DNA of 18,256 bases from a virus (IMGVR_UViG_2778261299_000001:1-18256), one strand, 5' to 3'; numbered from the stretch's first letter, positions 1 through 7,962 are shown. The notes: a model not told the origin generated them from the sequence alone. Numbers and translations: made by a program.

Positions 1-13
1 CATTCCTATCAAT

Positions 14-790
14 TTGGAGGAATTACGCTCTTATAATAAAGAAGCTATGGAGTTAAAAGAAAAGATTAATAAATCAATGTTTAATCTTAGTGTCTTAGAA
101 GAAAAAGGACGTGATATTTTAGATAAAATGACACAACAAAATGTCGAAGCAGCAAAATATCTAGAAATGTGTGAGCAGGCTATTAGAGCATCGACATCTA
201 AAGGTTTAGCCGGTGCTTTTGAAATCAAGGCTAATAAATTAAATAATAGTATCCAACTATGGGTTTTGGGATTGGCAAGTGCACTGGCGACGGGGGGGTA
301 CGTGGGTTTTGAAAGGCTCAAGGTTTTATCTGATGTGCTAAACAATGCAAATCCAAATGCAGTAGTTATTGTTACTCAGTTACTTCTTTCAGTGTTCAGT
401 ATAGGAGCTCCGTTATGGTTTGCATGGCTCTCTACAAAACAAATAAATCAAAGATTTAAATTGGCAGAGGATTATGCTTTTAAGGCTTCAGTAGCGAAGG
501 CTTACGAAGGCTATCGAAATGAAGCAAGTAAGGTATCTAATGGAGAATTTGAAAGGCGTTTATTTGATTCGGCATTGAGTCGTCTCGAAGAAGCACCTTT
601 GCGCTTTGTGAAGGATGATGACCATGCAACCCCTTGGAATGAGTTGTTAAATTCAAAAGCATTCAATAAGTTCCTTGACGCTTCTGTTGAAAATGTGAAT
701 TTTGTTAAAGGGATTATTAGCAAGAAAACAGGTGGGGCGAGAATGGCTAGTAATGATTCAGCTATTATTCCAGAAAAAAAAGTTGAATGA
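14..790 (+). CDS. hypothetical two-transmembrane-helix protein; candidate accessory, defence or superinfection-exclusion effector; true start uncertain and possibly upstream of window
   Basis: ORF of 258 codons ending at TAA 788-790. The frame is open from position 2, so the listed TTG at 14 is only the first possible start; the first ATG is at 47. Translation shows a charged, helix-prone N-terminal part, two hydrophobic segments (LWVLGLASALATGGYVGF and AVVIVTQLLLSVFSIGAPLWFAWL) separated by a short polar loop, then a charged C-terminal tail. AT-rich codon usage unlike the phage backbone. No motif I can assign to a known family. Confidence 0.6.
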   Translation: MEELRSYNKEAMELKEKINKSMFNLSVLEEKGRDILDKMTQQNVEAAKYLEMCEQAIRASTSKGLAGAFEIKANKLNNSIQLWVLGLASALATGGYVGFERLKVLSDVLNNANPNAVVIVTQLLLSVFSIGAPLWFAWLSTKQINQRFKLAEDYAFKASVAKAYEGYRNEASKVSNGEFERRLFDSALSRLEEAPLRFVKDDDHATPWNELLNSKAFNKFLDASVENVNFVKGIISKKTGGARMASNDSAIIPEKKVE

Positions 791-873
791 CAGAAGGATA
801 ATAATTAAGGGATGTCAGTCAACATGGTAATTTCTTGGTGTTGATTGTTTTATTTATCAAAAACATTTTAAGT

Positions 874-907
874 TAGTCTGATCTTCGCGTTCGGTAGGAT
901 CAGACTA
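874..907. terminator. perfect 10-bp inverted repeat (tagtctgatc ... gatcagacta) with 14-nt loop between the convergent cargo gene and Q; possible bidirectional terminator
   Basis: Read directly: 874-883 is the exact reverse complement of 898-907. On the minus strand a U-rich run (UGUUUUUG) follows a few nt after the stem. There is no clean U-tract on the plus side, so the terminator call is tentative. Confidence 0.3.
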
Positions 908-947
908 CTAAATTAACGATATGATTTCATTGATTACGAATGGTTAA

Positions 948-2018
948 TTAAGTTGTAGGGATAGTAATCGAAAGATTACTATCTTCAATACCTAGTTTAT
1001 AAGGCTCAAACATAATTACTTTTTCTCCAAGCCACTCGTTAAGCTCTGTCATTCGTTTTTGTAGCGGGGTCAACTCATTGCGCACAAAGACTTTACTAGC
1101 TTTACCTGCATCTCCAAAACCGCCGATGTTCTGGGGAATTATCCCCATCATTTGCGGCGGTACGCGGTGTGCCGCCATCATGTCATCCCGACTCACGTTT
1201 TTGATGTTCAAAAACTCATCCTTCGCCGCCACCTCTGACAACGGGATGATCTGAAGCCCGTCCTTTTTGCCGTTAGGCGAGTACATAAACAGGTTGCGGA
1301 AGTTGCCAGGGCCTTTGGCGCTTTTCATCGCATTGCGGAGGTTGTTCACATCCTCCTGGTTCTGCGCGGCATCGGTCATGTACATGATGAAGCCTGCATG
1401 ACTGCCGTTAATGTAATACTTCCGGCGGAACAGCGTGGCGGACTCGTTGAGCAGGGCTGACGGAATGGCAGAAAGATAACCGGGCAGGCCGTAGATCTCC
1501 TGGTTGATGTCCGGTTCCATCAGATGAAAGATGCTGCCTTTCGTGAACTGATATGGCTGCGTGGTCATACCGTATTGCACAAACCAGTAGGTATCCAGGT
1601 CTAACCCGCGTCGGGTGTATTTTGCCAGGGCAGGTTCAAGGGCGATAACTTCACCGAAGCGGTTCGTGCGTTTCTCCAGGTAGGCGTTACCAAATACCAG
1701 ATAGTCCTGCACAAAACGTGAAAAAGCCTGCTGGCTGAGCAGCGGGTGAGGGATGTAGGTACTGGTCAGAATGTTGCATTTTACTGCAATCGGGGAGCTG
1801 TGATGCACGGCAGCGCGGAAGGTGCGTGCCAGTCCGTCAAAACTGACGGGTGGCTCATACCAGCGATCCGTCTGTACGCATTCCACATAGTCCAGCAGTT
1901 CGCGGCGGTCCAGTACAGGAATGGGATCACCAAAGCTGAAAGCTTCGGCTGAAGTTTGATTTTTATGCTGGCTCTGTTTCGTCGCCGCAGCGCGGTTTTT
2001 CTTACTCTTTCCCATCAA
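948..2018 (-). CDS. Q: phage portal (capsid portal vertex) protein, P2 gpQ-like
   Basis: 356-codon ORF on the minus strand, immediately downstream of and overlapping the large terminase gene (P stop and Q start overlap at 2015-2018), as in P2. Size close to P2 gpQ. The 3' ~100 nt are AT-rich. Confidence 0.85.
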   Translation of the reverse strand: MMGKSKKNRAAATKQSQHKNQTSAEAFSFGDPIPVLDRRELLDYVECVQTDRWYEPPVSFDGLARTFRAAVHHSSPIAVKCNILTSTYIPHPLLSQQAFSRFVQDYLVFGNAYLEKRTNRFGEVIALEPALAKYTRRGLDLDTYWFVQYGMTTQPYQFTKGSIFHLMEPDINQEIYGLPGYLSAIPSALLNESATLFRRKYYINGSHAGFIMYMTDAAQNQEDVNNLRNAMKSAKGPGNFRNLFMYSPNGKKDGLQIIPLSEVAAKDEFLNIKNVSRDDMMAAHRVPPQMMGIIPQNIGGFGDAGKASKVFVRNELTPLQKRMTELNEWLGEKVIMFEPYKLGIEDSNLSITIPTT

Positions 2019-3781
2019 AAAATCTCCACAATATTGCTGGTATTGGCGGACTCGCCCTGCAGCGGTTCGTTAAACAGTGCGTGCATTGTTGCCCAGGCCA
2101 GATCGGCGTGGCTGGCTTCTTCGCTGCGGCTGGCTTCATAGGTCGGGCGGTTGCCGCTGGCGGTGGTGGCGCGACGGATAGCCATGAATGACTGCGCAAT
2201 GTCGGTGTGCCCGGCGTCAAACTCCAGACGGCGGTGGCTGATAATGTCGTAGGCCTTGAGTACCAGGGCGTTTTTAACGTTGGGGTTGTAGACAAACTCC
2301 CGGACGGCAGGAAAAAACGCTTTCACGTTCTCGTAAACCCCGTGACCAACGCCGGTTGAGTCGATACCGATATAGGTCACGTTGTACTGTTCGGTCAGTT
2401 TTTTGATGGCGTCAGCCTGGGCGCGGAAGTCCATCCCGCGCCACTGGTGACGCTCAAGAATGCGGAACTTACCACCCGGCACGGCTGGCGGTGCCACCAC
2501 CACGCATCCGGCGCTGTCGCCGTTTTGCGTGCCTTTTGCCGGGTCATAACCGATCCACACTTCGCGCCAGCCAAACGGGCGCAGCGCCAGTGCATGAAAG
2601 TCGGTCCAGACTTCCCAACTGTCCACCATGCACGCCTGCAGCTCGCTGAGCGGAAACACGGACGCGAGATCGTCCACAAACTCGCACATCAGCAGGTTCT
2701 GGTATTCGTCCGGGCTGTACTCCATGCGTAGCTGGTCGAGGTCGAACAGGTTACAGCCGCCGCGCACCGCATCTTCCACGGTGACTATCTGGCGGTATTG
2801 CCCGTCTGCGCACAGCAGGCCGGGGGCCAGATTGCTGTGGGACAGGTCGATGTCCACCTTATCGGCTTTGTTGCGCCCACGGTTGAACAGCGCACCGGAC
2901 CAGAACGGATAAGCACTGTGTGTCAGACTGGATGGCGTGGAAAAATAGGTTTGTCGCCATTTTTTGTGAATAGCCATACCGGAAGCCACTTTGCGCAGCT
3001 CCTGGAATTTTGGTATCCAGAAATATTCATCCAGATACAGGTTGCCGTGATAACTCTGGGCCGTGCGGGCATTGGTGCCGAGGAAATACAGTGTGGCCCC
3101 GTTGGGAAGCACCATCGGATCGCCTTTCAGCTCCACCTCTACTTCTTTGGCAAAGTCGATGATGTACTGTTTGAATACGTGGGCCTGTGCCTTACTGGCA
3201 GAAAGGAAAATCTGGTTACGTCCGGTCAGCAGGGCGTCAATCAGGGCTTCACGGGCAAAATAGAAGGTCGCGCCGATCTGGCGTGACTTCAGCAGGTTGC
3301 GGATGCGGTTGGTTTTTCCGGCTTCCCACCAGTGGCGCTGGTAGTTGAACATGGAGGAATGGAAGATTTCTTCCAGCTTCTCAATCTGTTCATCGGTGAA
3401 AACATTCTTTTCCGGCTGACGGCGTGGGCCTTTGTTGCGGTTGGCGACGTTAGGGTTTAAGTCGGCTTCGTTGCCACCATTGTTAAACTTGCCGATCCGC
3501 GCGTGGCGTTCCGACTGGCGCGCCAGCAGGTCAATCTCTTTGAAATCTTTCCCTTCTTTGTGCTCCTTCATAATGAGCTGGCAATAGCGTGCGGCGGTGG
3601 TGAGCTGCATCTGATCCAGCGGCCCATAATCACCCCACTTGTCGCGTTTTTTCCAGCTGTGAACAGTTGCAACTTTCTCGCCCAGCATTTCAGCAATGCG
3701 GGCTACGCGGTATCCCTGAAAGTACAGCAGCATGGCCTGCCGACGGGGATCGAGATCTGCGGGTGTCAGTGTGGTGTTCAT
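2015..3781 (-). CDS. P: terminase large (ATPase) subunit, P2 gpP-like
   Basis: 588-codon ORF, divergent from O across a 142-bp promoter region. Size and position match P2 gpP. Confidence 0.9.
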   Translation of the reverse strand: MNTTLTPADLDPRRQAMLLYFQGYRVARIAEMLGEKVATVHSWKKRDKWGDYGPLDQMQLTTAARYCQLIMKEHKEGKDFKEIDLLARQSERHARIGKFNNGGNEADLNPNVANRNKGPRRQPEKNVFTDEQIEKLEEIFHSSMFNYQRHWWEAGKTNRIRNLLKSRQIGATFYFAREALIDALLTGRNQIFLSASKAQAHVFKQYIIDFAKEVEVELKGDPMVLPNGATLYFLGTNARTAQSYHGNLYLDEYFWIPKFQELRKVASGMAIHKKWRQTYFSTPSSLTHSAYPFWSGALFNRGRNKADKVDIDLSHSNLAPGLLCADGQYRQIVTVEDAVRGGCNLFDLDQLRMEYSPDEYQNLLMCEFVDDLASVFPLSELQACMVDSWEVWTDFHALALRPFGWREVWIGYDPAKGTQNGDSAGCVVVAPPAVPGGKFRILERHQWRGMDFRAQADAIKKLTEQYNVTYIGIDSTGVGHGVYENVKAFFPAVREFVYNPNVKNALVLKAYDIISHRRLEFDAGHTDIAQSFMAIRRATTASGNRPTYEASRSEEASHADLAWATMHALFNEPLQGESANTSNIVEIF

Positions 3782-3827
3782 GGCACAAACCTACAGCCTT
3801 GAATGAAGGCTTTCCCCGCCTGCGGTT

Positions 3828-3845
3828 TGTGTGGTTGTCGGTACA
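3828..3845. promoter_or_regulatory. TGT-N12-ACA dyad (Ogr/Delta-type activator box) of the late promoter upstream of O, in the divergent P/O control region
   Basis: Read directly: TGT at 3828-3830, 12 nt, ACA at 3843-3845. A -10-like CATAAG lies about 40 nt downstream (3884-3889) and the O start codon is at 3924. P2 late promoters carry this dyad centred near -55. Confidence 0.6.
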
Positions 3846-3923
3846 AATACCGCGCATTGTTTCACTGCCCCCATCACCGCAACCATAAGGCTCCAGTAAG
3901 TTTTTTCTAACGGAGCACGGCTC

Positions 3924-4757
3924 ATGACAGTGAAAGCAAAGCGTTTTCGCATCGGGGTGGAAGGTGCCACTACCGACGGACGCGAAATCCAGCGTGAATG
4001 GTTGGAACAGATGGCAGCCAGCTACAACCCGGCGGTGTATACCGCGCTGATTAACCTTGAGCACATCAAGTCTTATCTGCCGGACAGCACCTTTAACCGC
4101 TACGGCAAGGTGACGGCGCTGTTTGCTGAAGAAATCACGGAAGGTCCGCTGGCAGGCAAGATGGCGCTGTATGCCGACGTTGAGCCAACGGAGTCCCTGG
4201 TGGAACTGGTGAAAAAAGGCCAGAAATTATTCACCTCTATGGAAGTCAGCCCGAAGTTCGCTGATACGGGCAAAGCCTACCTGGTTGGCCTGGCTGCCAC
4301 TGATGATCCTGCCAGTCTGGGTACGGAAATGCTGACATTCAGCGCCAGTGCAGCCCATAACCCGCTGGCAAACCGCAAGCAGAATCCCGCCAATCTTTTT
4401 ACCGCTGCAGAGGAAACGGTGATCGAACTGGAAGAAGTCCAGGATGACAAACCGTCCCTGTTTGCCCGCGTCACGGCGTTGTTTACCAAAAAAGAGCAGT
4501 CCGATGACGCCCGGTTCGCTGATGTGCATAAGGCCGTGGAGCTGGTCGCCACTGAGCAGCAGAACCTGAGCGCACGCACCGAAAAATCCCTGTCTGAGCA
4601 GGAAGAACGCCTGTCTGAACTGGAGACTGCTCTGCAGGAGCAGCAAACCGCCTTTAACGAACTGGTGAATAAGTTGAGTCATGAAGACAGCCGCCAGGAC
4701 TACCGCCAGCGTGCAACAGGCGGTAACGCCCCCGCTGACACTCTGACCAATTGCTGA
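3924..4757 (+). CDS. O: capsid scaffolding protein, P2 gpO-like
   Basis: 277-codon ORF, first gene of the rightward head operon. GGAG 10 nt upstream of the ATG. N-terminal RFRIGVEGATTDGREI resembles the P2 gpO N-terminus as I recall it. Acidic, helix-rich C-terminal half typical of scaffolds. Confidence 0.8.
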   Translation: MTVKAKRFRIGVEGATTDGREIQREWLEQMAASYNPAVYTALINLEHIKSYLPDSTFNRYGKVTALFAEEITEGPLAGKMALYADVEPTESLVELVKKGQKLFTSMEVSPKFADTGKAYLVGLAATDDPASLGTEMLTFSASAAHNPLANRKQNPANLFTAAEETVIELEEVQDDKPSLFARVTALFTKKEQSDDARFADVHKAVELVATEQQNLSARTEKSLSEQEERLSELETALQEQQTAFNELVNKLSHEDSRQDYRQRATGGNAPADTLTNC

Positions 4758-4773
4758 TGGAGCACAAAACCTG

Positions 4774-5832
4774 ATGAAGAAGAATACCCGCTTTGCTTTT
4801 AACGCTTACCTGCAGCAGCTGGCGCGTCTGAACGGTGTGGCAGTTGAAGAACTGTCCAGCAAGTTCACCGTGGAGCCGTCTGTACAGCAGACGCTGGAAG
4901 ACCAGATCCAGCAGTCTGCCGCTTTCCTGACGCTGATTAACGTCACGCCAGTGACTGAGCAGTCCGGTCAGCTGCTGGGGTTGGGTGTTGGTAGCACCAT
5001 TGCCGGAACCACTGACACCACCGCGAAAGAGCGTGAACCTGTCGATCCTACGCTGATGGTCGATGTGGAATACAAATGCGAGCAGACCAACTTTGACACG
5101 GTACTGACCTACGCGAAGCTGGACCTGTGGGCGAAGTTTCAGGATTTCCAGGTGCGTATCCGTGACGCCATCGTGAAACGTCAGGCACTGGACCGCATCA
5201 TGATCGGCTTTAACGGCGTGAAGCGTGCGAAAACCTCCAACCGTAGCGAAAACCCGCTGCTGCAGGATGTGAACAAAGGCTGGCTGCAGAAAATCCGTGA
5301 GGATGCACCGGATCATGTCATGGGCAGCACCACCACGGGCGGTGAAACCACACCGGGCGCGGTGAAAGTCGGGAAAGGTGGCGAATATGCCAACCTGGAC
5401 GCCGTGGTGATGGATGCCGTCAATGAGCTTATCGACGTGGTCTACCAGGACGATGACGATCTGGTGGTGATTTGCGGCCGTGAACTGCTGTCTGACAAGT
5501 ATTTCCCGCTGGTCAACAAAGAGCAGGAAAACAGTGAAAAACTGGCTGCCGATATGATCATCAGTCAGAAGCGCATGGGGGGCCTGCAGGCCGTGCGTGC
5601 GCCGTTTTTCCCGCCGAATGCGCTGCTGATCACCCGTCTGGACAACCTGTCCATCTACTGGCAGGAAGACACCCGCCGCCGTTCAGTTATCGACAACCCG
5701 AAACGTGACCGGATTGAAAACTTTGAATCCGTTAACGAAGCCTATGTGGTTGAGGACTACCGCTGCGCAGCACTGGTGGAAAACATCCAGATTGGCGACT
5801 TCAGCGCCGTCGCAGTAGAAACCGGAGCGTAA
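4774..5832 (+). CDS. N: major capsid protein, P2 gpN-like
   Basis: 352-codon ORF directly after O; size and position match P2 gpN. Confidence 0.85.
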   Translation: MKKNTRFAFNAYLQQLARLNGVAVEELSSKFTVEPSVQQTLEDQIQQSAAFLTLINVTPVTEQSGQLLGLGVGSTIAGTTDTTAKEREPVDPTLMVDVEYKCEQTNFDTVLTYAKLDLWAKFQDFQVRIRDAIVKRQALDRIMIGFNGVKRAKTSNRSENPLLQDVNKGWLQKIREDAPDHVMGSTTTGGETTPGAVKVGKGGEYANLDAVVMDAVNELIDVVYQDDDDLVVICGRELLSDKYFPLVNKEQENSEKLAADMIISQKRMGGLQAVRAPFFPPNALLITRLDNLSIYWQEDTRRRSVIDNPKRDRIENFESVNEAYVVEDYRCAALVENIQIGDFSAVAVETGA

Positions 5833-5835
5833 TCC

Positions 5836-6486
5836 ATGAGCCTGAGTCCCGCACGGCAGCATCGCCTGCGCGTTCAGGCTGAACAGGCCGCCCGCGAGGG
5901 CGGCAGCGTTCGCCACGCGTCGGGCTATGACCTGATGCTGCTGCAACTGGCGGAAGACCGCCGCCGTCTCAAGGGCGTTCAGTCCACGGTCAAAAAAGCG
6001 GAAATCAAGGTGGAGCTGCTGCCGAAGTACGCCGCCTGGGCTGAGGGTGTACTGGCTGCCGGAGGCGCTCAACAGGATGACGTGCTGATGTACGTGATGC
6101 TGTGGCGCATTGATGCCGGAGATTATGCCGGGGCGCTGGAGATCGGGCGTCATGCCCTGCGTCATGGCTGGGTGATGCCGCTGGGTAACCGCAACGTGCA
6201 GACCGTGCTGGCAGAGGAAATGGCAGACGCTGCGCAGAGCGCAATGCTTGCCACTACCGGCTTTGATGCCGATCTGTTGCTGCAGACGCTGGAGCTGACA
6301 GACGGTCTGGATATGCCGGACCAGTCACGGGCGCGTCTGCATAAAGCGATTGGCACTGTCCTGAGTGAAAGTAATCCGGCTTCCGCCCTTAATCATCTCA
6401 ACCATGCGTTACAGCTCGATCCCCGCTGTGGCGTGAAAAAAGACAAACAGCAGCTGGAGCGCAGATTGCGCAATGACAGTCGCTGA
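5836..6486 (+). CDS. M: terminase small (endonuclease) subunit, P2 gpM-like
   Basis: 216-codon ORF starting 4 nt after the N stop. Arginine-rich N-terminus. Position matches P2 M. Confidence 0.75.
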   Translation: MSLSPARQHRLRVQAEQAAREGGSVRHASGYDLMLLQLAEDRRRLKGVQSTVKKAEIKVELLPKYAAWAEGVLAAGGAQQDDVLMYVMLWRIDAGDYAGALEIGRHALRHGWVMPLGNRNVQTVLAEEMADAAQSAMLATTGFDADLLLQTLELTDGLDMPDQSRARLHKAIGTVLSESNPASALNHLNHALQLDPRCGVKKDKQQLERRLRNDSR

Positions 6487-6581
6487 CAGAACGTGCCCCC
6501 GCGCACGGGCGGCACGGGGTGGCGAAAGGCACCGCCACATCAAAACCTCGTCCACCGCCCTCTATTTCAGGAGAAAGCAGC

Positions 6582-7046
6582 ATGAAGTTTGTTGCGCCAG
6601 AACAGGCACCGGAACAGGCGGAAATCATCAGAAATACGCCGTTCTGGCCTGATGTGGACCTGTCGGAGTTTCGCAGCGTGATGCGCACTGACGGCACGGT
6701 GACGCAGCCGCGTTTAAAGCAGGTTGCCCTGTCGGCAATTTCGGAGGTCAACGCAGAGCTGTATGAGTTTCGCAGACGCCAGCAGATGCTGGGGTATGCC
6801 TCGCTGGCAGAAGTTCCGGCGGAACAGCTGGACGGCAAAAGTGAGCGCATTCAGCACTATTTCAACGCGGTTTACTGCTGGGCACGCGCCATGCTCAATG
6901 AGCGTTATCAGGACTATGACGCCACAGCGTCTGGTGTGAAGCGAGGCGAGGAACTGGCGGAAGCAAGCGGTGATTTGTGGCGTGACGCCCGCTGGGCCAT
7001 CAGCCGGGTGCAGGATGCGCCGCACTGCACAGTGGAGCTTATCTGA
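6582..7046 (+). CDS. L: head completion/stabilisation protein, P2 gpL-like
   Basis: ORF in the L position. I prefer the ATG at 6582 (MKFVAPEQ...) because AGGAGA lies 8 nt upstream; an upstream GTG at 6519 is possible but sits inside GC-rich hairpins. Confidence 0.7.
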   Translation: MKFVAPEQAPEQAEIIRNTPFWPDVDLSEFRSVMRTDGTVTQPRLKQVALSAISEVNAELYEFRRRQQMLGYASLAEVPAEQLDGKSERIQHYFNAVYCWARAMLNERYQDYDATASGVKRGEELAEASGDLWRDARWAISRVQDAPHCTVELI

Positions 7047-7249
7047 TGAAAGTGCGTGCGTATCAGTATGACACGGTGGACGCGCTTTGCTGGCGTCATT
7101 ACGGGCGCACGCAGGGTGTCACGGAGCAGGTACTGAAGGCAAATCCGGGGCTTGCCGAATACGGCCCCTTTTTACCTCACGGGCTGCAGGTGGAGCTGCC
7201 GGACATACCGACAACCACCACCGTGCAGACCGTCCAGCTATGGGACTGA
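7046..7249 (+). CDS. X: tail protein X (small LysM-like virion protein), P2 gpX-like
   Basis: 67-codon ORF whose start overlaps the L stop (ATGA at 7043-7048). Size and position match P2 gpX. Confidence 0.7.
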   Translation: MKVRAYQYDTVDALCWRHYGRTQGVTEQVLKANPGLAEYGPFLPHGLQVELPDIPTTTTVQTVQLWD

Positions 7250-7252
7250 ATT

Positions 7253-7468
7253 ATGACGCTTGAGCGAATCAGCGCCTTTATCACGTACTGCATCGCCGTT
7301 GTCCTGGCCTGGCTGGGCGATTTGTCCATCAAGGATGCCTCAACGCTGGGCGGCCTGATGATTGGTGTGCTGATGCTGGCTATCAACTGGTACTACAAAC
7401 ACAAAGCCTACCAGCTTCTGCGCGACGGGCAGATCTCGCGGGAGGACTATGAATCCATCAATCGTTAA
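7253..7468 (+). CDS. small class II holin (pinholin-like)
   Basis: 71-codon ORF with two hydrophobic segments (ISAFITYCIAVVLAWLG and LGGLMIGVLMLAINWYY) and a charged C-terminal tail, immediately upstream of the endolysin gene. Shorter than the P2 Y holin as I recall it. Confidence 0.6.
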   Translation: MTLERISAFITYCIAVVLAWLGDLSIKDASTLGGLMIGVLMLAINWYYKHKAYQLLRDGQISREDYESINR

Positions 7469-7961
7469 ACGCTGCCTTGTCGGGACCGTGCTGGCTATTG
7501 CTGCCACGCTGCCGGGTTTTCAGCAGCTTCACACCTCCGTGGAGGGGCTGAAACTGATTGCCGATTACGAAGGCTGTCGTCTGCAGCCGTATCAGTGCAG
7601 CGCGGGTGTATGGACTGACGGCATTGGTAATACATCTGGCGTCATTCCCGGCAAAACCATTACGGAACGACAGGCAGCAGAAGGGCTTATCTCCAACGTG
7701 CTGCGTGTGGAGCGGTCACTGGAAAGGTGTGTGAAGCAACAGCCACCGCAGAAAGTGTATGACGCGGTGGTGTCATTTGCCTTCAACGTGGGGACAGGTA
7801 ATGCCTGCAGCTCCACGCTGGTGAAATTACTCAATCAGCGGCGCTGGGCGGATGCGTGCCGACAGTTGCCGCGCTGGGTTTATGTGAAAGGTGTGTTTAA
7901 TCAGGGGCTGGATAACCGCCGTGCGCGGGAGATGGCCTGGTGCTTACAGGGAGCAAACTGA
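7449..7961 (+). CDS. K: endolysin, lysozyme-like muramidase with N-terminal signal-anchor-release (SAR) segment
   Basis: 170-codon ORF. The N-terminus has a weakly hydrophobic Gly/Ala-rich stretch (LVGTVLAIAATLPG) followed by a lysozyme-like motif (DYEG..L.PY....GVWTDGIGNT) resembling T4/P1/P21 lysozymes. Confidence 0.8.
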   Translation: MNPSIVKRCLVGTVLAIAATLPGFQQLHTSVEGLKLIADYEGCRLQPYQCSAGVWTDGIGNTSGVIPGKTITERQAAEGLISNVLRVERSLERCVKQQPPQKVYDAVVSFAFNVGTGNACSSTLVKLLNQRRWADACRQLPRWVYVKGVFNQGLDNRRAREMAWCLQGAN

Positions 7962-7962
7962 A

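Larger units (their letters stand above)
1..947. other. AT-rich accessory (cargo) block abutting the 3' end of the portal gene
   Basis: By eye, G+C drops to about one third here (first 60 nt are 19/60 G+C), against clearly over 50 percent in the structural genes from about 1100 onward. The composition shift reaches into the last ~100 nt of the Q reading frame. Position matches the variable locus next to Q in P2-like phages. Confidence 0.7.

Noticed and set aside
31-723. Minus-strand ORFs 31-345 and 511-723 inside the AT-rich cargo gene
   Set aside because: Shorter than and fully contained in the plus-strand ORF, with no start context. The plus-strand ORF has coherent membrane-protein features; these do not.
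2002-2295. 97-codon minus-strand ORF overlapping the 3' end of the terminase gene in another frame
   Set aside because: Pro/Ala-rich translation typical of out-of-frame reading of GC-rich coding DNA; fully contained in P.
3808-3825. GC-rich motif gctttccccgcctgcgg considered as a possible cos or cohesive-end remnant
   Set aside because: It sits in the P/O promoter region, not next to Q, and I cannot validate a cos match from memory; treated as coincidental.
4654-5316. 220-codon minus-strand ORF antisense to the major capsid gene, plus several similar antisense ORFs such as 5683-6165, 6398-6850 and 9207-9764
   Set aside because: They lie entirely inside well-supported plus-strand structural genes in GC-rich DNA, where long antisense open frames arise by chance. 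No ribosome-binding sites and no recognisable protein features.
6519-6581. Upstream GTG start that would lengthen L by 21 codons
   Set aside because: The GTG lies inside the GC-rich hairpins and has no ribosome-binding site, whereas the ATG at 6582 has AGGAGA at good spacing. Kept as an alternative because the longer form is closer to the gpL size I recall.
7891-7962. ORF-track start at 7891 that would make LysA overlap the endolysin gene by 70 nt
   Set aside because: The ATG at 7963 has a ribosome-binding site and begins the hydrophobic protein directly after the endolysin stop; the upstream extension is read in the endolysin region in another frame.
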